Assembly: GCA_900768545.1 (NCBI GenBank)
Contig: CAAGDD010000007.1
Coordinates: 25,709 to 89,708, forward strand
Source of the DNA: Clostridia bacterium
GTDB lineage: Bacteria; Bacillota; Clostridia; Christensenellales; UBA1242
Length of the DNA stretch: 64,000 bases
Direction: 5' to 3'
The position numbers and the translations under genes are program-made. The notes below the pieces were generated by a model that had not been told where the DNA came from, ran no database searches, and was given only the letters and a program-made list of their open reading frames with translations. This document shows positions 18,181 through 26,926 of this stretch, piece after piece. Each line of letters opens with the position of its first letter. The stretch's first letter is position 1.

Positions 18181-20013
18181 ATGGAAAACACACAAATTAG
18201 AAATGTTGCGATTATCGCGCACGTTGATCACGGCAAAACATCGCTCGTCAACGAACTTTTAAAACAAGGAAATGTTTTTAGAGAAAATCAAGTCGTAGAA
18301 GATAGAGTTATGGATAGCAATGCCCTTGAAAAAGAAAGAGGCATTACTATTTTATCAAAAAACACATCTTGCTTTTATAATGGAGTAAAAATCAATGTTA
18401 TCGACACTCCAGGACACGCGGACTTCGGCGGCGAAGTAGAAAGAGTTTTAAAGATGGTTGATGGCGTTTTGCTCGTTGTTGATGCTTATGAAGGACCAAT
18501 GCCACAAACTCGTTTTGTTTTGGAAAAGGCTTTGGCTTTGAAACTTAAAGTTATCGTAGTTATCAACAAAATTGATAGACCAGATGCTCGTGTTAAAGAA
18601 GTTATTGACGAAGTTTTGGAATTGTTCTTGGAACTCGACGCTGACGAAGACCAACTCAACTCTCCATTTGTTTTTGCTTCTGCAAGACAAGGTATCGCAT
18701 CTGTTGACCAAAATGTTGTTGGCACTGATATGAAGCCTTTGTTTGAAACAATTTTGAAACACATTCCAGCACCACAAGGTGATGTAAATGGGCCTTTGAA
18801 AATGCTTGTTTCATCTGCCGAACACAATGACTATGTTGGAAAACTTGCTGTTGGAAAGATTGAAAGAGGTGTTATTAAAGTTGGACAAAATGTTGTAGTT
18901 TGCAACTATCACGACGAAAGCAAAAAAGTTAAGTCAAAAATCGTTAGTTTGTTTGTTTATGAAGGCTTGAAGCGTGTGCCTGTTGAAAGTGCAAGCATGG
19001 GTGAAATCGTTTGCGTTGCTGGTCTTGAAGATGTTACAATCGGCGACACAATTTGTGACGATCAAGTGATCGAACCTGTCGAATTTGTCAAGATTGCAGA
19101 ACCTTCTGTTGAAATGACATTTATGGTCAATGACAGTCCGTTTGCAGGTCAAGAAGGAAAATTTGTTACATCTCGTCACCTTAGAGATAGACTTTATAAA
19201 GAAGCAGTTAAAGACTTGTCTTTGAAAGTTGAAGACGGCGACACAGCCGACAAATTTAAAGTTCGCGGAAGAGGCGAAATGCATTTGTCTATCTTGATCG
19301 AAAATATGAGAAGAGATGGCTATGAATTTCAAGTGTCACAACCAAAGGTTTTGATCAAAGAAATCAATGGTGTAAAATGCGAACCTATCGATCGTGTTTA
19401 TCTTGATGTTCCAGAAGACTGCGTCGGCACTGTTATGAACAAAATGGGTGTTAGAAAAGCAGACCTTCAAAATATGACTCCACACGGCAGCCGTATGAGA
19501 TTGGAATTTTTGATTCCATCTCGTGGTCTTTTTGGCTTTAAGTCAGAATTTTTGACCGACACTCGCGGTGAAGGAATTATCAACTCAATTTTCTATGAAT
19601 ATGAACCTTACAAAGGCGAAATCAATCGTCGTGACTTCGGCGCTTTGATCGCTCACGAAGAAGGAAAAGCGATCGTTTATGGACTTTTCAATGCTCAAGA
19701 AAGAGGTGAATTGTTTATTGGTGCTGGCACTCCTGTCTATGCGGGAATGGTTGTTGGAATCAATCCAAAAGGCGACGATATTGTCGTAAATGTTTGCAAA
19801 ACAAAACACCTTTCAAACTGCCGTTCATCTGGCTCTGACGATGCTCTTCGTCTTACACCACCAAGAATTATGAGTCTTGAAGACTGCATCGAATTTTTGG
19901 GCGATGACGAATATTTGGAAGTTACTCCAAAGTCAATCCGCATTAGAAAAATCATTTTGGACGCAAATATGCGTTTAAGACAAAAGGGAAAAATGCTCCG
20001 CGGAGAAATTTAA
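18181..20013 (+). CDS. typA: Translational GTPase TypA/BipA
   Basis: [18 protein letters not shown] (G1), [12 protein letters not shown] (G3), NKIDR (G4), and the EF-G-like domain order. AAGGAAG lies upstream of ATG 18181. The ORF-track extension to 18004 overlaps the previous gene and is rejected. Confidence 0.95.
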   Translation: MENTQIRNVAIIAHVDHGKTSLVNELLKQGNVFRENQVVEDRVMDSNALEKERGITILSKNTSCFYNGVKINVIDTPGHADFGGEVERVLKMVDGVLLVVDAYEGPMPQTRFVLEKALALKLKVIVVINKIDRPDARVKEVIDEVLELFLELDADEDQLNSPFVFASARQGIASVDQNVVGTDMKPLFETILKHIPAPQGDVNGPLKMLVSSAEHNDYVGKLAVGKIERGVIKVGQNVVVCNYHDESKKVKSKIVSLFVYEGLKRVPVESASMGEIVCVAGLEDVTIGDTICDDQVIEPVEFVKIAEPSVEMTFMVNDSPFAGQEGKFVTSRHLRDRLYKEAVKDLSLKVEDGDTADKFKVRGRGEMHLSILIENMRRDGYEFQVSQPKVLIKEINGVKCEPIDRVYLDVPEDCVGTVMNKMGVRKADLQNMTPHGSRMRLEFLIPSRGLFGFKSEFLTDTRGEGIINSIFYEYEPYKGEINRRDFGALIAHEEGKAIVYGLFNAQERGELFIGAGTPVYAGMVVGINPKGDDIVVNVCKTKHLSNCRSSGSDDALRLTPPRIMSLEDCIEFLGDDEYLEVTPKSIRIRKIILDANMRLRQKGKMLRGEI

Positions 20014-20017
20014 TTTA

Positions 20018-20046
20018 AAGCCGACTTTTTATGTCGGCTTTTTTGT
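20018..20046 (+). terminator. Rho-independent terminator after typA
   Basis: Stem AAGCCGAC / GTCGGCTT with loop TTTTTAT, then a T-run. Confidence 0.85.
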
Positions 20047-20127
20047 TTTGTTACTATCAAAGCATAAGAACCGAAGCAAAAGCGGCACAATATAATATTA
20101 TTTATATATCATTGTTATAATATAAAA

Positions 20128-20156
20128 TTGACAAATTTGAAATTTGCTGTTATACT
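20128..20156 (+). promoter_or_regulatory. Near-consensus sigma-A promoter upstream of the small membrane protein/dnaB operon
   Basis: TTGACA (20128-20133), 17-nt spacer, TATACT (20151-20156). Confidence 0.6.
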
Positions 20157-20179
20157 ATTGACAGTAAAAGGAATTTTTG

Positions 20180-20434
20180 ATGAAATCGACAGAAAAACAA
20201 GAGCTTAAAAGAAAAATTGGACGAATCGGCATATTTTTGTTGGTTGTGTTTTTCCCTATGTGTGTTATTGGCGTGCTTTTAGATTATTTCACACCACTGC
20301 CACAAGGTTGGCTGATTACGATTTTGGTTATTTTGCTGTTTTTGCTGTTTGGTGTTTTTGCACTTATTTGCGAAAAACTTGATCGAAGAAAAAAAGAGAG
20401 AATGTCGAAAAAGAAAGACCCTTTTTCGGATTAA
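20180..20434 (+). CDS. Small two-TM membrane protein with basic C-terminal tail
   Basis: 84 aa. AAGGAA lies upstream of ATG 20180. Two hydrophobic helices are followed by RRKKERMSKKKD. Confidence 0.6.
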   Translation: MKSTEKQELKRKIGRIGIFLLVVFFPMCVIGVLLDYFTPLPQGWLITILVILLFLLFGVFALICEKLDRRKKERMSKKKDPFSD

Positions 20435-20446
20435 CGGAGGATATAT

Positions 20447-21817
20447 ATGGCTGATTACAAAATTTTACCAAACAGTTTGGAAGCAGAACAAGCGCTTTTA
20501 GGCTGTGTATTGCTCGACAGTGATGCCCAACTTGATATTTTGCAAAAATTGTCTGCCGAAGATTTTTATTCGGAAGCGCACAAGAGCATTTTTGATAGTA
20601 TGTCAAAAATTTTCAGCAAAAGTATTCCTGTTGACTTTGTTACTTTGACAAACCAACTTGAAGTTGACAAAAAACTCGACTCTGTTGGCGGAATTGATTA
20701 TGTTACATTTTTGACAAACGTTGTGCCATCTTCGGCAAACTATCAACACTATCTTGACATTGTTAAAAACAATTCGATTCGCAGACACTTGATTTTCGAA
20801 GCGCAAAACATCATCAAAGAAACTTTCGAAGCAGACAGCGGCGAACAAGCAATGAATGTTGCTGAAAAGAAAATTTTTGATCTTTCTCAAAAAGATATCA
20901 CGTCTGATCTCGAACTTGTTGGAAAACCGGGAGGAACTCTTACTCGCGTTTTGAAAGAAATGTCAGAACTTTCTGAAAGCAACGGCAAAATGCGTGGTAT
21001 CCCTACTTATTATAAAGAATTTGATAATATCACAAACGGCTTGCAAAAAAGTGCACTTATTTTGCTTGCTGCTCGTCCTGGTGTCGGAAAAACATCTTTT
21101 GCGATGAACATCGCAGTAAATTCGGCTGTTAATGACGGCAAAAAAGTCGCTATCTTCGACCTTGAAATGTCAAGAGAACAACTTATGCAAAGAGCGTTAT
21201 CATCTTTGGCAAAAGTTCCACTTTCAAATGTTTTGAAAGGACAAATGTCAAACGAAGAATGGAAACGCATCTGGACTGCCGAAAAGAAACTTGCTCAAAG
21301 CAGCATTTATGTTGATGACTCTTCAATGGTTACACCTTTTGAGATAATCTCAAAATGTAGAAAACTTAAAATGACAGACGGACTCGATTTGATTGTTATC
21401 GACTATCTTCAACTTATGACGATGGGGAAACAAAACAGAGAATCTCGTACTCAAGAAGTTTCTGACTTGACCAGAACATTGAAAATTGCTGCGAGAGAAC
21501 TTGATGTGCCAATCATCTTGCTTTCACAGTTGTCGCGTGCGGTTGAAATGCGTCAAGATGACCACAAACCAAAACTTTCAGACCTTAGAGAATCAGGTTC
21601 TATCGAACAAGATGCTGATATCGTTTTGTTCTTGTATAACCCTGAAAAATACAACGATATCACCACAAACGACGAGCCGGGCACTGTTTATCTTCTTATC
21701 GCAAAGCACAGAAGTGGGCAAACTGGCGAAATCAAACTTCGTTGGGTAGGCGAATATACAACATTCTTAAACTACGACGAAAAGATTGTTGTTGAAAACG
21801 CACAAAAAGGAGAGTAA
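20447..21817 (+). CDS. dnaB: Replicative DNA helicase DnaB (DnaC in Bacillus nomenclature)
   Basis: N-terminal LPNSLEAEQALLGCVLLD, Walker A ARPGVGKTSFA, Walker B LIVIDYLQLM and SQLSRAVE. GGAGG lies upstream. Confidence 0.95.
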   Translation: MADYKILPNSLEAEQALLGCVLLDSDAQLDILQKLSAEDFYSEAHKSIFDSMSKIFSKSIPVDFVTLTNQLEVDKKLDSVGGIDYVTFLTNVVPSSANYQHYLDIVKNNSIRRHLIFEAQNIIKETFEADSGEQAMNVAEKKIFDLSQKDITSDLELVGKPGGTLTRVLKEMSELSESNGKMRGIPTYYKEFDNITNGLQKSALILLAARPGVGKTSFAMNIAVNSAVNDGKKVAIFDLEMSREQLMQRALSSLAKVPLSNVLKGQMSNEEWKRIWTAEKKLAQSSIYVDDSSMVTPFEIISKCRKLKMTDGLDLIVIDYLQLMTMGKQNRESRTQEVSDLTRTLKIAARELDVPIILLSQLSRAVEMRQDDHKPKLSDLRESGSIEQDADIVLFLYNPEKYNDITTNDEPGTVYLLIAKHRSGQTGEIKLRWVGEYTTFLNYDEKIVVENAQKGE

Positions 21818-22663
21818 ATGAAAAGAAGAAATGGTTTTTTGATTATTTTGTTTATTGCGATTGTTGCAGTTGTGCTTACGATCGTGTTTGTAAATCTTTT
21901 TAGAGATCGTTCGACCACCGATTTGTCACAAGATGTAAACACTGTCATCGAAGAAGGTTATTTGAATGACGAAGGCGAAACTTACACTCAAATTCAAAAC
22001 TATCTTTCAATGATGGAAACAAAACTTGATTCAAACGAAGAAACAAAATCTTATGCAATCGAAGCGGCAAATTATATCAGTTTGTATAAGAGCACAAGCA
22101 AGTTTGCAAAATTTGCAAACAAAAACTTGGCGTTCTCGTCTTACAACAATGTTTTTAAAGCAAACAAAAAAGCGATCAAGAAAGGAATTGCGGGCGCGAA
22201 TGCTTCAGCAAACATCCTTGCAAGAAAAATCGAAGCGGATAAAGAACTTTATAGCGGAAGCGATTTTTGGACAATCGAAACTTGGAAAACTTATTCAAAC
22301 GAATTGAAGTCAGTTATGAATCAAACTTTTAACACTTTCGACAAGTTGATTATCGTTTACAAAGCGTCTGTTGATTCATCAATTTACAACAATGACTTTA
22401 TCGAAATCGTGTTCGACCGCACGCAATATCTTTTGAAAGATGTTGAAGCGAATGTTGGACAAGACAAAATAAGCGGACAAAAACTTGAAAGTTTTGTAAA
22501 CAGTTATTTAAACACACAATATTTTGAAGATTATATTTATGACGAACATTTACAAATTGCTGTTGACCACTTAAAAAGAGAAAAAGAAGAGAGTGGATTT
22601 TGGCAATATTTTGTAATAAGTTATGACCAACTTATGTCACACTTGTTGACCGTTGAATGCTAG
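21818..22663 (+). CDS. N-terminally membrane-anchored helical protein of unknown function
   Basis: The ATG directly abuts the dnaB stop (TAAATG). One TM helix (FLIILFIAIVAVVLTIVFVNLF) is followed by a polar, helix-prone sequence with no recognised motif. Confidence 0.75.
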   Translation: MKRRNGFLIILFIAIVAVVLTIVFVNLFRDRSTTDLSQDVNTVIEEGYLNDEGETYTQIQNYLSMMETKLDSNEETKSYAIEAANYISLYKSTSKFAKFANKNLAFSSYNNVFKANKKAIKKGIAGANASANILARKIEADKELYSGSDFWTIETWKTYSNELKSVMNQTFNTFDKLIIVYKASVDSSIYNNDFIEIVFDRTQYLLKDVEANVGQDKISGQKLESFVNSYLNTQYFEDYIYDEHLQIAVDHLKREKEESGFWQYFVISYDQLMSHLLTVEC

Positions 22664-22671
22664 GAGGAAAT

Positions 22672-23772
22672 ATGAAGAAAAAAAGTTTATTGTTGTGTTT
22701 TATGCTGATTTGTGCTTGTGTTTTTCCAGTGTTTGCACTTGTCGGCTGCGGGAATGTTTCGATTGAAACAATCAAAGAAAATTTTGTGAAAATGGACGCA
22801 AAATTTGACCAATATGACACAGTTTTCATAAAAGACCAAAGTGTTGAAGGTTTTAAAACCGACTATGCGATCTCTTATGGGGCGCAAATTGATGCTTATA
22901 TTCAAGAAAATAAACAAGGTTATGGCGAACTTAAAGCGAAATACAATCTCACTTTGGCGATCGCTTGTGACCATATCAAAAACAACAGAACATACATTGA
23001 AAACTTGGGCGAATCAGAACTTGACAAAGCTCAAAGAAACTCACTCGATGAGTTCAACTCAAAACTTGTTGATTTCACAAATTATGTTGATGATTTTGTA
23101 AGAGCGAAAAACAACGCAAACAACTATTTCACCGAACACCCAGCTGCTGACGCTGAAGAAACAGAAGCGGTTTTGAGAAAGTTTAAAAACACTTATGCTG
23201 ATTTTGTTGGCAAGAGTGTTGAAACTTCAAGAAGCCTTGCAAAGGTTATTGAAAGCGTTGACTTGCTCGCAATTTTGGAAAAGACTCAACTTATTCACAA
23301 CGACCTTGTGATTTTGAAAGAATATTTGAGAGCAAAATTGTTGCCAGTTTATAGCGATTTGATGATCACAACAATGGAGAAAAACTTAAACTGGAGCGGC
23401 TCTGAAAACAACGAAACCAAAGCGCGCATTGACAATATGTTGACCGTTTTGCAGGCGGATTTTTCAAATTATAAAGATGTTTTTGTTTTGTCAAAAGACG
23501 AAAATGTAAAAAATGATGAAGAATGCAAAACTTTGTATATCGGCGATATCAAAGATCAAATCAATGCGTTCTTTTCAGAAACTGACGATTGTTATTTCAA
23601 AGCACTTGAAGGGCTTGATATTAGAAAATTGGCAGTAAATTATCACAATGATTTAGGAAATTATAAAAAAGACAACAAATTGGCAGAAGTTTATCTTGAA
23701 AAATTGGAAAATTATATAAGCGTAACTTTGCCAAAATTTATCACAAATATGAAAAGCACACTTTTAAAATAA
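22672..23772 (+). CDS. Lipoprotein of unknown function
   Basis: AGGAGGA lies upstream of ATG 22672. Signal MKKKSLLLCFMLICACVFPVFALVGC has the lipobox LVGC. The remainder is polar and helix-prone with no recognised motif. Confidence 0.75.
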   Translation: MKKKSLLLCFMLICACVFPVFALVGCGNVSIETIKENFVKMDAKFDQYDTVFIKDQSVEGFKTDYAISYGAQIDAYIQENKQGYGELKAKYNLTLAIACDHIKNNRTYIENLGESELDKAQRNSLDEFNSKLVDFTNYVDDFVRAKNNANNYFTEHPAADAEETEAVLRKFKNTYADFVGKSVETSRSLAKVIESVDLLAILEKTQLIHNDLVILKEYLRAKLLPVYSDLMITTMEKNLNWSGSENNETKARIDNMLTVLQADFSNYKDVFVLSKDENVKNDEECKTLYIGDIKDQINAFFSETDDCYFKALEGLDIRKLAVNYHNDLGNYKKDNKLAEVYLEKLENYISVTLPKFITNMKSTLLK

Positions 23773-23792
23773 AGTGAAAAATGGGAGTTATT

Positions 23793-25424
23793 ATGCAAGA
23801 AATAGCAGACCTTTTGTATCCTGGCGCAAAACCTGTTAGTTTTTGGGAGGAGAAGTTTCCTAGAAGAAACTTAAACGCAAAACAAGAAGTTACAAGATAT
23901 GCTCCAAGTCCAACAGGATTTATGCATATTGGAAACTTTTTTCAAATGTTTTTATCTTACAATCTGGCACGAAACAGTGACGGAGTATTTATCAAACGCC
24001 TTGAAGACACTGACGCAAAGCGTGAAAACAAAGACGCTTTTGGCATAATCAAAGCGGTTATGGACAGATTCAATATCATTCCTGATGAATATCAAGAAAA
24101 GGGCGAAGAACCTGTTGGAAACTATGGTCCATACATTCAAAGTTTGAGAAAAGATATTTATGCGTCTTATGCAAAAGAATTGGTCGCAAAAGGCAAAGCT
24201 TTTCCATGCTTTTGCAAGGCAACAACAGGAAAGGAAGAAATTTTTAAGGCCCGTGAAGAAAAGTTTGCTGTAAATGACGATTATGAATATGATCCTTGCC
24301 GTGACTTGACTGTTGAAGAAGTGAAAAAACATCTCGAAAACGGCGACAAATTTGCCATTCGTTTAAAAACATCTGGCACAGGAAAAGAAAGAGTGAAGTT
24401 TATTGACCTTATCAAAGGTGAAATTGAAGCTCAAGCAAACGCAAAAGATGTTATTTTGATGAAGCAAGATGGCATTCCACCTTACACATTCGCCCACATT
24501 ATCGACGATTATTTGATGGGTGTAACAACTGTTGTTCGTGGAGAAGAATATATCGCATCGACTCCTGTTCATATCGAAATCGTAAATGCACTTGGCTTTA
24601 AGCCATTTAGATATTGTCACAACCCACTTATTTGCAAAATCCCTGAAAATGGAAACAAGAGAAAGATTTCAAAAAGATACGATCCAGAAGCAAATATGAT
24701 GTATTATTTCGAAAAAGGATATCCTAAAGAAGCGGTTTTGGAATATCTTTTGAACCTTCTTTCATCTTCATTTGAACCATGGCGGGCGCAAAACCCGCAA
24801 AAAAGTTGGAAAGAGTTTGAGTTTACAATAAATGATATTACTGCAGTTTCTCCAATTTTGGACATGGTCAAATTAAATGATATGGCAAAAAATGTTGTTT
24901 CTCGTTTGAGCGCGTCGCAAGTGTATGATTACACTTTGGTGTGGGCGGAAGAATATGACGCAGATTTTGCCAAATATTTGAAAGAAAACAAAGATTATTG
25001 CACAAAAGTGTTTAACATTGACCGTGAAACTCCAAAACCAAGAAAAGACATTTATATGTGGTCAATGATAAAGGATAAAGATTGCTTTGGATATATGTTT
25101 GAAGAGCCAACATCTACCGAACTTGATATGGCTGAAAAAGACAATTACAATGAAGCAATCAGCGAATATGCAAAAATATATCACAAATATGACACAAAAG
25201 AAGAATGGTTTGCTGGCGTAAAAGCGTTGGCTGAAAAACTTGGCTATGCCACAGACAACAAACTTTACAAAGCAAATCCACAAGCTTTCAAAGGCAATAC
25301 TGCCAAACTTTGTGAATATATTAGGCTTGCAATTACTGGCAAAAAGAATGCGCCAGACCTTTATGAAATTATGACAATTTTGGGAGAAGACAAAGTTTTA
25401 AAACGACTTGCAAACTTAAAATAA
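23793..25424 (+). CDS. gltX: Glutamate--tRNA ligase
   Basis: The class-I HIGH region RYAPSPTGFMHIGN, LEDTDAKR and the KMSKS-equivalent KISKR. GGGAG lies upstream of ATG 23793. Confidence 0.9.
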   Translation: MQEIADLLYPGAKPVSFWEEKFPRRNLNAKQEVTRYAPSPTGFMHIGNFFQMFLSYNLARNSDGVFIKRLEDTDAKRENKDAFGIIKAVMDRFNIIPDEYQEKGEEPVGNYGPYIQSLRKDIYASYAKELVAKGKAFPCFCKATTGKEEIFKAREEKFAVNDDYEYDPCRDLTVEEVKKHLENGDKFAIRLKTSGTGKERVKFIDLIKGEIEAQANAKDVILMKQDGIPPYTFAHIIDDYLMGVTTVVRGEEYIASTPVHIEIVNALGFKPFRYCHNPLICKIPENGNKRKISKRYDPEANMMYYFEKGYPKEAVLEYLLNLLSSSFEPWRAQNPQKSWKEFEFTINDITAVSPILDMVKLNDMAKNVVSRLSASQVYDYTLVWAEEYDADFAKYLKENKDYCTKVFNIDRETPKPRKDIYMWSMIKDKDCFGYMFEEPTSTELDMAEKDNYNEAISEYAKIYHKYDTKEEWFAGVKALAEKLGYATDNKLYKANPQAFKGNTAKLCEYIRLAITGKKNAPDLYEIMTILGEDKVLKRLANLK

Positions 25425-25518
25425 ATTTTTATTAAAAACCAAAAATCAATAAAAATTGTTTAAAAAATCGAAAAAAATGCAAAAAAACACGATTTTTTAA
25501 TGAAATAAAGGAAAATTT

Positions 25519-26529
25519 ATGAAAAAAATAGCATTAACAGGAATCAAGCCTACGGGCTTGGCACACTTTGGAAATTATTTTGGCGCGATAAAACCTGCAA
25601 TCGAAATGAGTAAAAAAGATGACTTTTTGAGTTTTTATTTCATCGCAGATTATCACGCGTTGACAACTTTAAAAACAAAACAAGAAATGATTGATTATTC
25701 TTACAACATTGCGTGCACATGGCTTGCTTGTGGGCTTGATCCAGAAAAAGTTGTGTTTTATAAACAATCTGACGTGACTGAAACTTTCGAACTTGATTGG
25801 ATTTTAAACAATGTTACTCCAAAAGGTCTTATGAACAGAGCACATGCCTATAAAGCTTGTGTTGAGAAAAACGAACTTGAAGGCGTAGACCGTGACGCTG
25901 GCGTAAATATGGGACTTTATTGTTATCCAATCTTGATGGCTGGTGACATTTTGCTCTTCCAAAGCGATTATGTTCCAGTTGGGCTTGATCAAAAACAACA
26001 TGTTGAAATTGCGCGCGATATTGCCACATTTTTCAACAATAAATATGGAAAAACTTTCAAATTGCCAGAACCTTATATTCAAGAAGATGTCTGCACTTTG
26101 CCAGGTCTTGACGGAAGAAAAATGAGCAAAAGTTATGGAAATCAAATCCAACTTTTCACCACAGAAAACGAACTTAAAAAAAGCATAAACAAAATCGTTA
26201 CTGACTGCAAACTTCCGGGAGAGCCAAAAGATCTTGATTGCACAATAAACAAGTTTTATAAATTGTTTGCCACAAAAGAACAAGCGGCAGAATTTGAGAA
26301 AAAATTGAGCGAAGGTCTTGGCTGGGGCGAAGCGAAAAAACAACTTTTCGAACTAGTAAACGCATATATTTCACCAATGAGAGAAAGATATTTTTATTAT
26401 CAAAATCACCGTGAAGAAGTGGACAAAATCTTGCAAGAAGGCAGCAAAAAAGCTCGTATGATCGCTCAAAAAACCTTGGCAAAAGTGAGAAAAGCGATAG
26501 GGGTGAGCGAATATCCAGTGCAAATTTAA
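25519..26529 (+). CDS. trpS: Tryptophan--tRNA ligase
   Basis: 336 aa with GIKPTGLAHFGNYFG (HIGH-type), GLDQKQHVE and KMSKS. Confidence 0.9.
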   Translation: MKKIALTGIKPTGLAHFGNYFGAIKPAIEMSKKDDFLSFYFIADYHALTTLKTKQEMIDYSYNIACTWLACGLDPEKVVFYKQSDVTETFELDWILNNVTPKGLMNRAHAYKACVEKNELEGVDRDAGVNMGLYCYPILMAGDILLFQSDYVPVGLDQKQHVEIARDIATFFNNKYGKTFKLPEPYIQEDVCTLPGLDGRKMSKSYGNQIQLFTTENELKKSINKIVTDCKLPGEPKDLDCTINKFYKLFATKEQAAEFEKKLSEGLGWGEAKKQLFELVNAYISPMRERYFYYQNHREEVDKILQEGSKKARMIAQKTLAKVRKAIGVSEYPVQI

Positions 26530-26607
26530 TCAAAAATTTGCCAAAAACACAAAAATTTTTTAAATTATTTTGATTTAAAAAGTTGTCAAATTTTCAATAA
26601 AATATCA

Positions 26608-26640
26608 AAAAGACGAGATAAAAAATATTTCGTCTTTTTT
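26608..26640 (+). terminator. Rho-independent terminator about 80 nt downstream of trpS
   Basis: AAAGACGAgATA / TATtTCGTCTTT imperfect stem, followed by T6. Confidence 0.65.
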
Positions 26641-26837
26641 AAAAATCGTCAAAAAATTGTTAAAAAATCAATATTTTTTTGAATTTTTTATGATTTTTTG
26701 ATATTTTTTATTATTTTTTAAATTTAAAAATTATTTTTAGAAAAAAATGTTTTAAAAATATTGTTTTCTTTCGATTTTTACGATTAAAAAAATGATTTAT
26801 ATATATATTAAAATATATATATTTTTTCTTATTTTGT

Positions 26838-26866
26838 TTGCGAAATAGGCGGGTTTGTTGTAAAAT
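26838..26866 (+). promoter_or_regulatory. Candidate promoter of the 6340-aa protein gene
   Basis: TTGCGA (26838-26843), 17-nt spacer, TAAAAT (26861-26866). The -10 context TAAAATAAT also occurs upstream of the first giant gene. Confidence 0.35.
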
Positions 26867-26926
26867 AATTATGTAAAAAATTAAAAAACAATTTTGTGCC
26901 GAATTTGCAAATTTTGGGAGAATAAT

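Noticed and set aside
25425-25518. T-box or other leader riboswitch upstream of trpS (and upstream of gltX).
   Set aside because: The gaps are about 94 nt and about 20 nt, too short for a T-box leader. No specifier-loop or T-box sequence is recognisable.
26894-26926. The TTG start given by the ORF track for the 6351-aa version of the giant gene.
   Set aside because: ATG 26927 has GGGAGA at optimal spacing and begins a typical signal peptide (MKRKIPFVLMLIF...). The 11 upstream codons overlap the putative 5' UTR palindrome.
26530-26926. A small protein-coding gene or structured RNA hidden in the 397-nt AT-rich spacer upstream of the 6340-aa gene (and likewise in 5742-6074).
   Set aside because: There is no ORF of meaningful length with an SD. 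The sequence is almost pure A/T with no G/C-supported helices apart from the trpS terminator. It is better interpreted as promoter or regulatory DNA.
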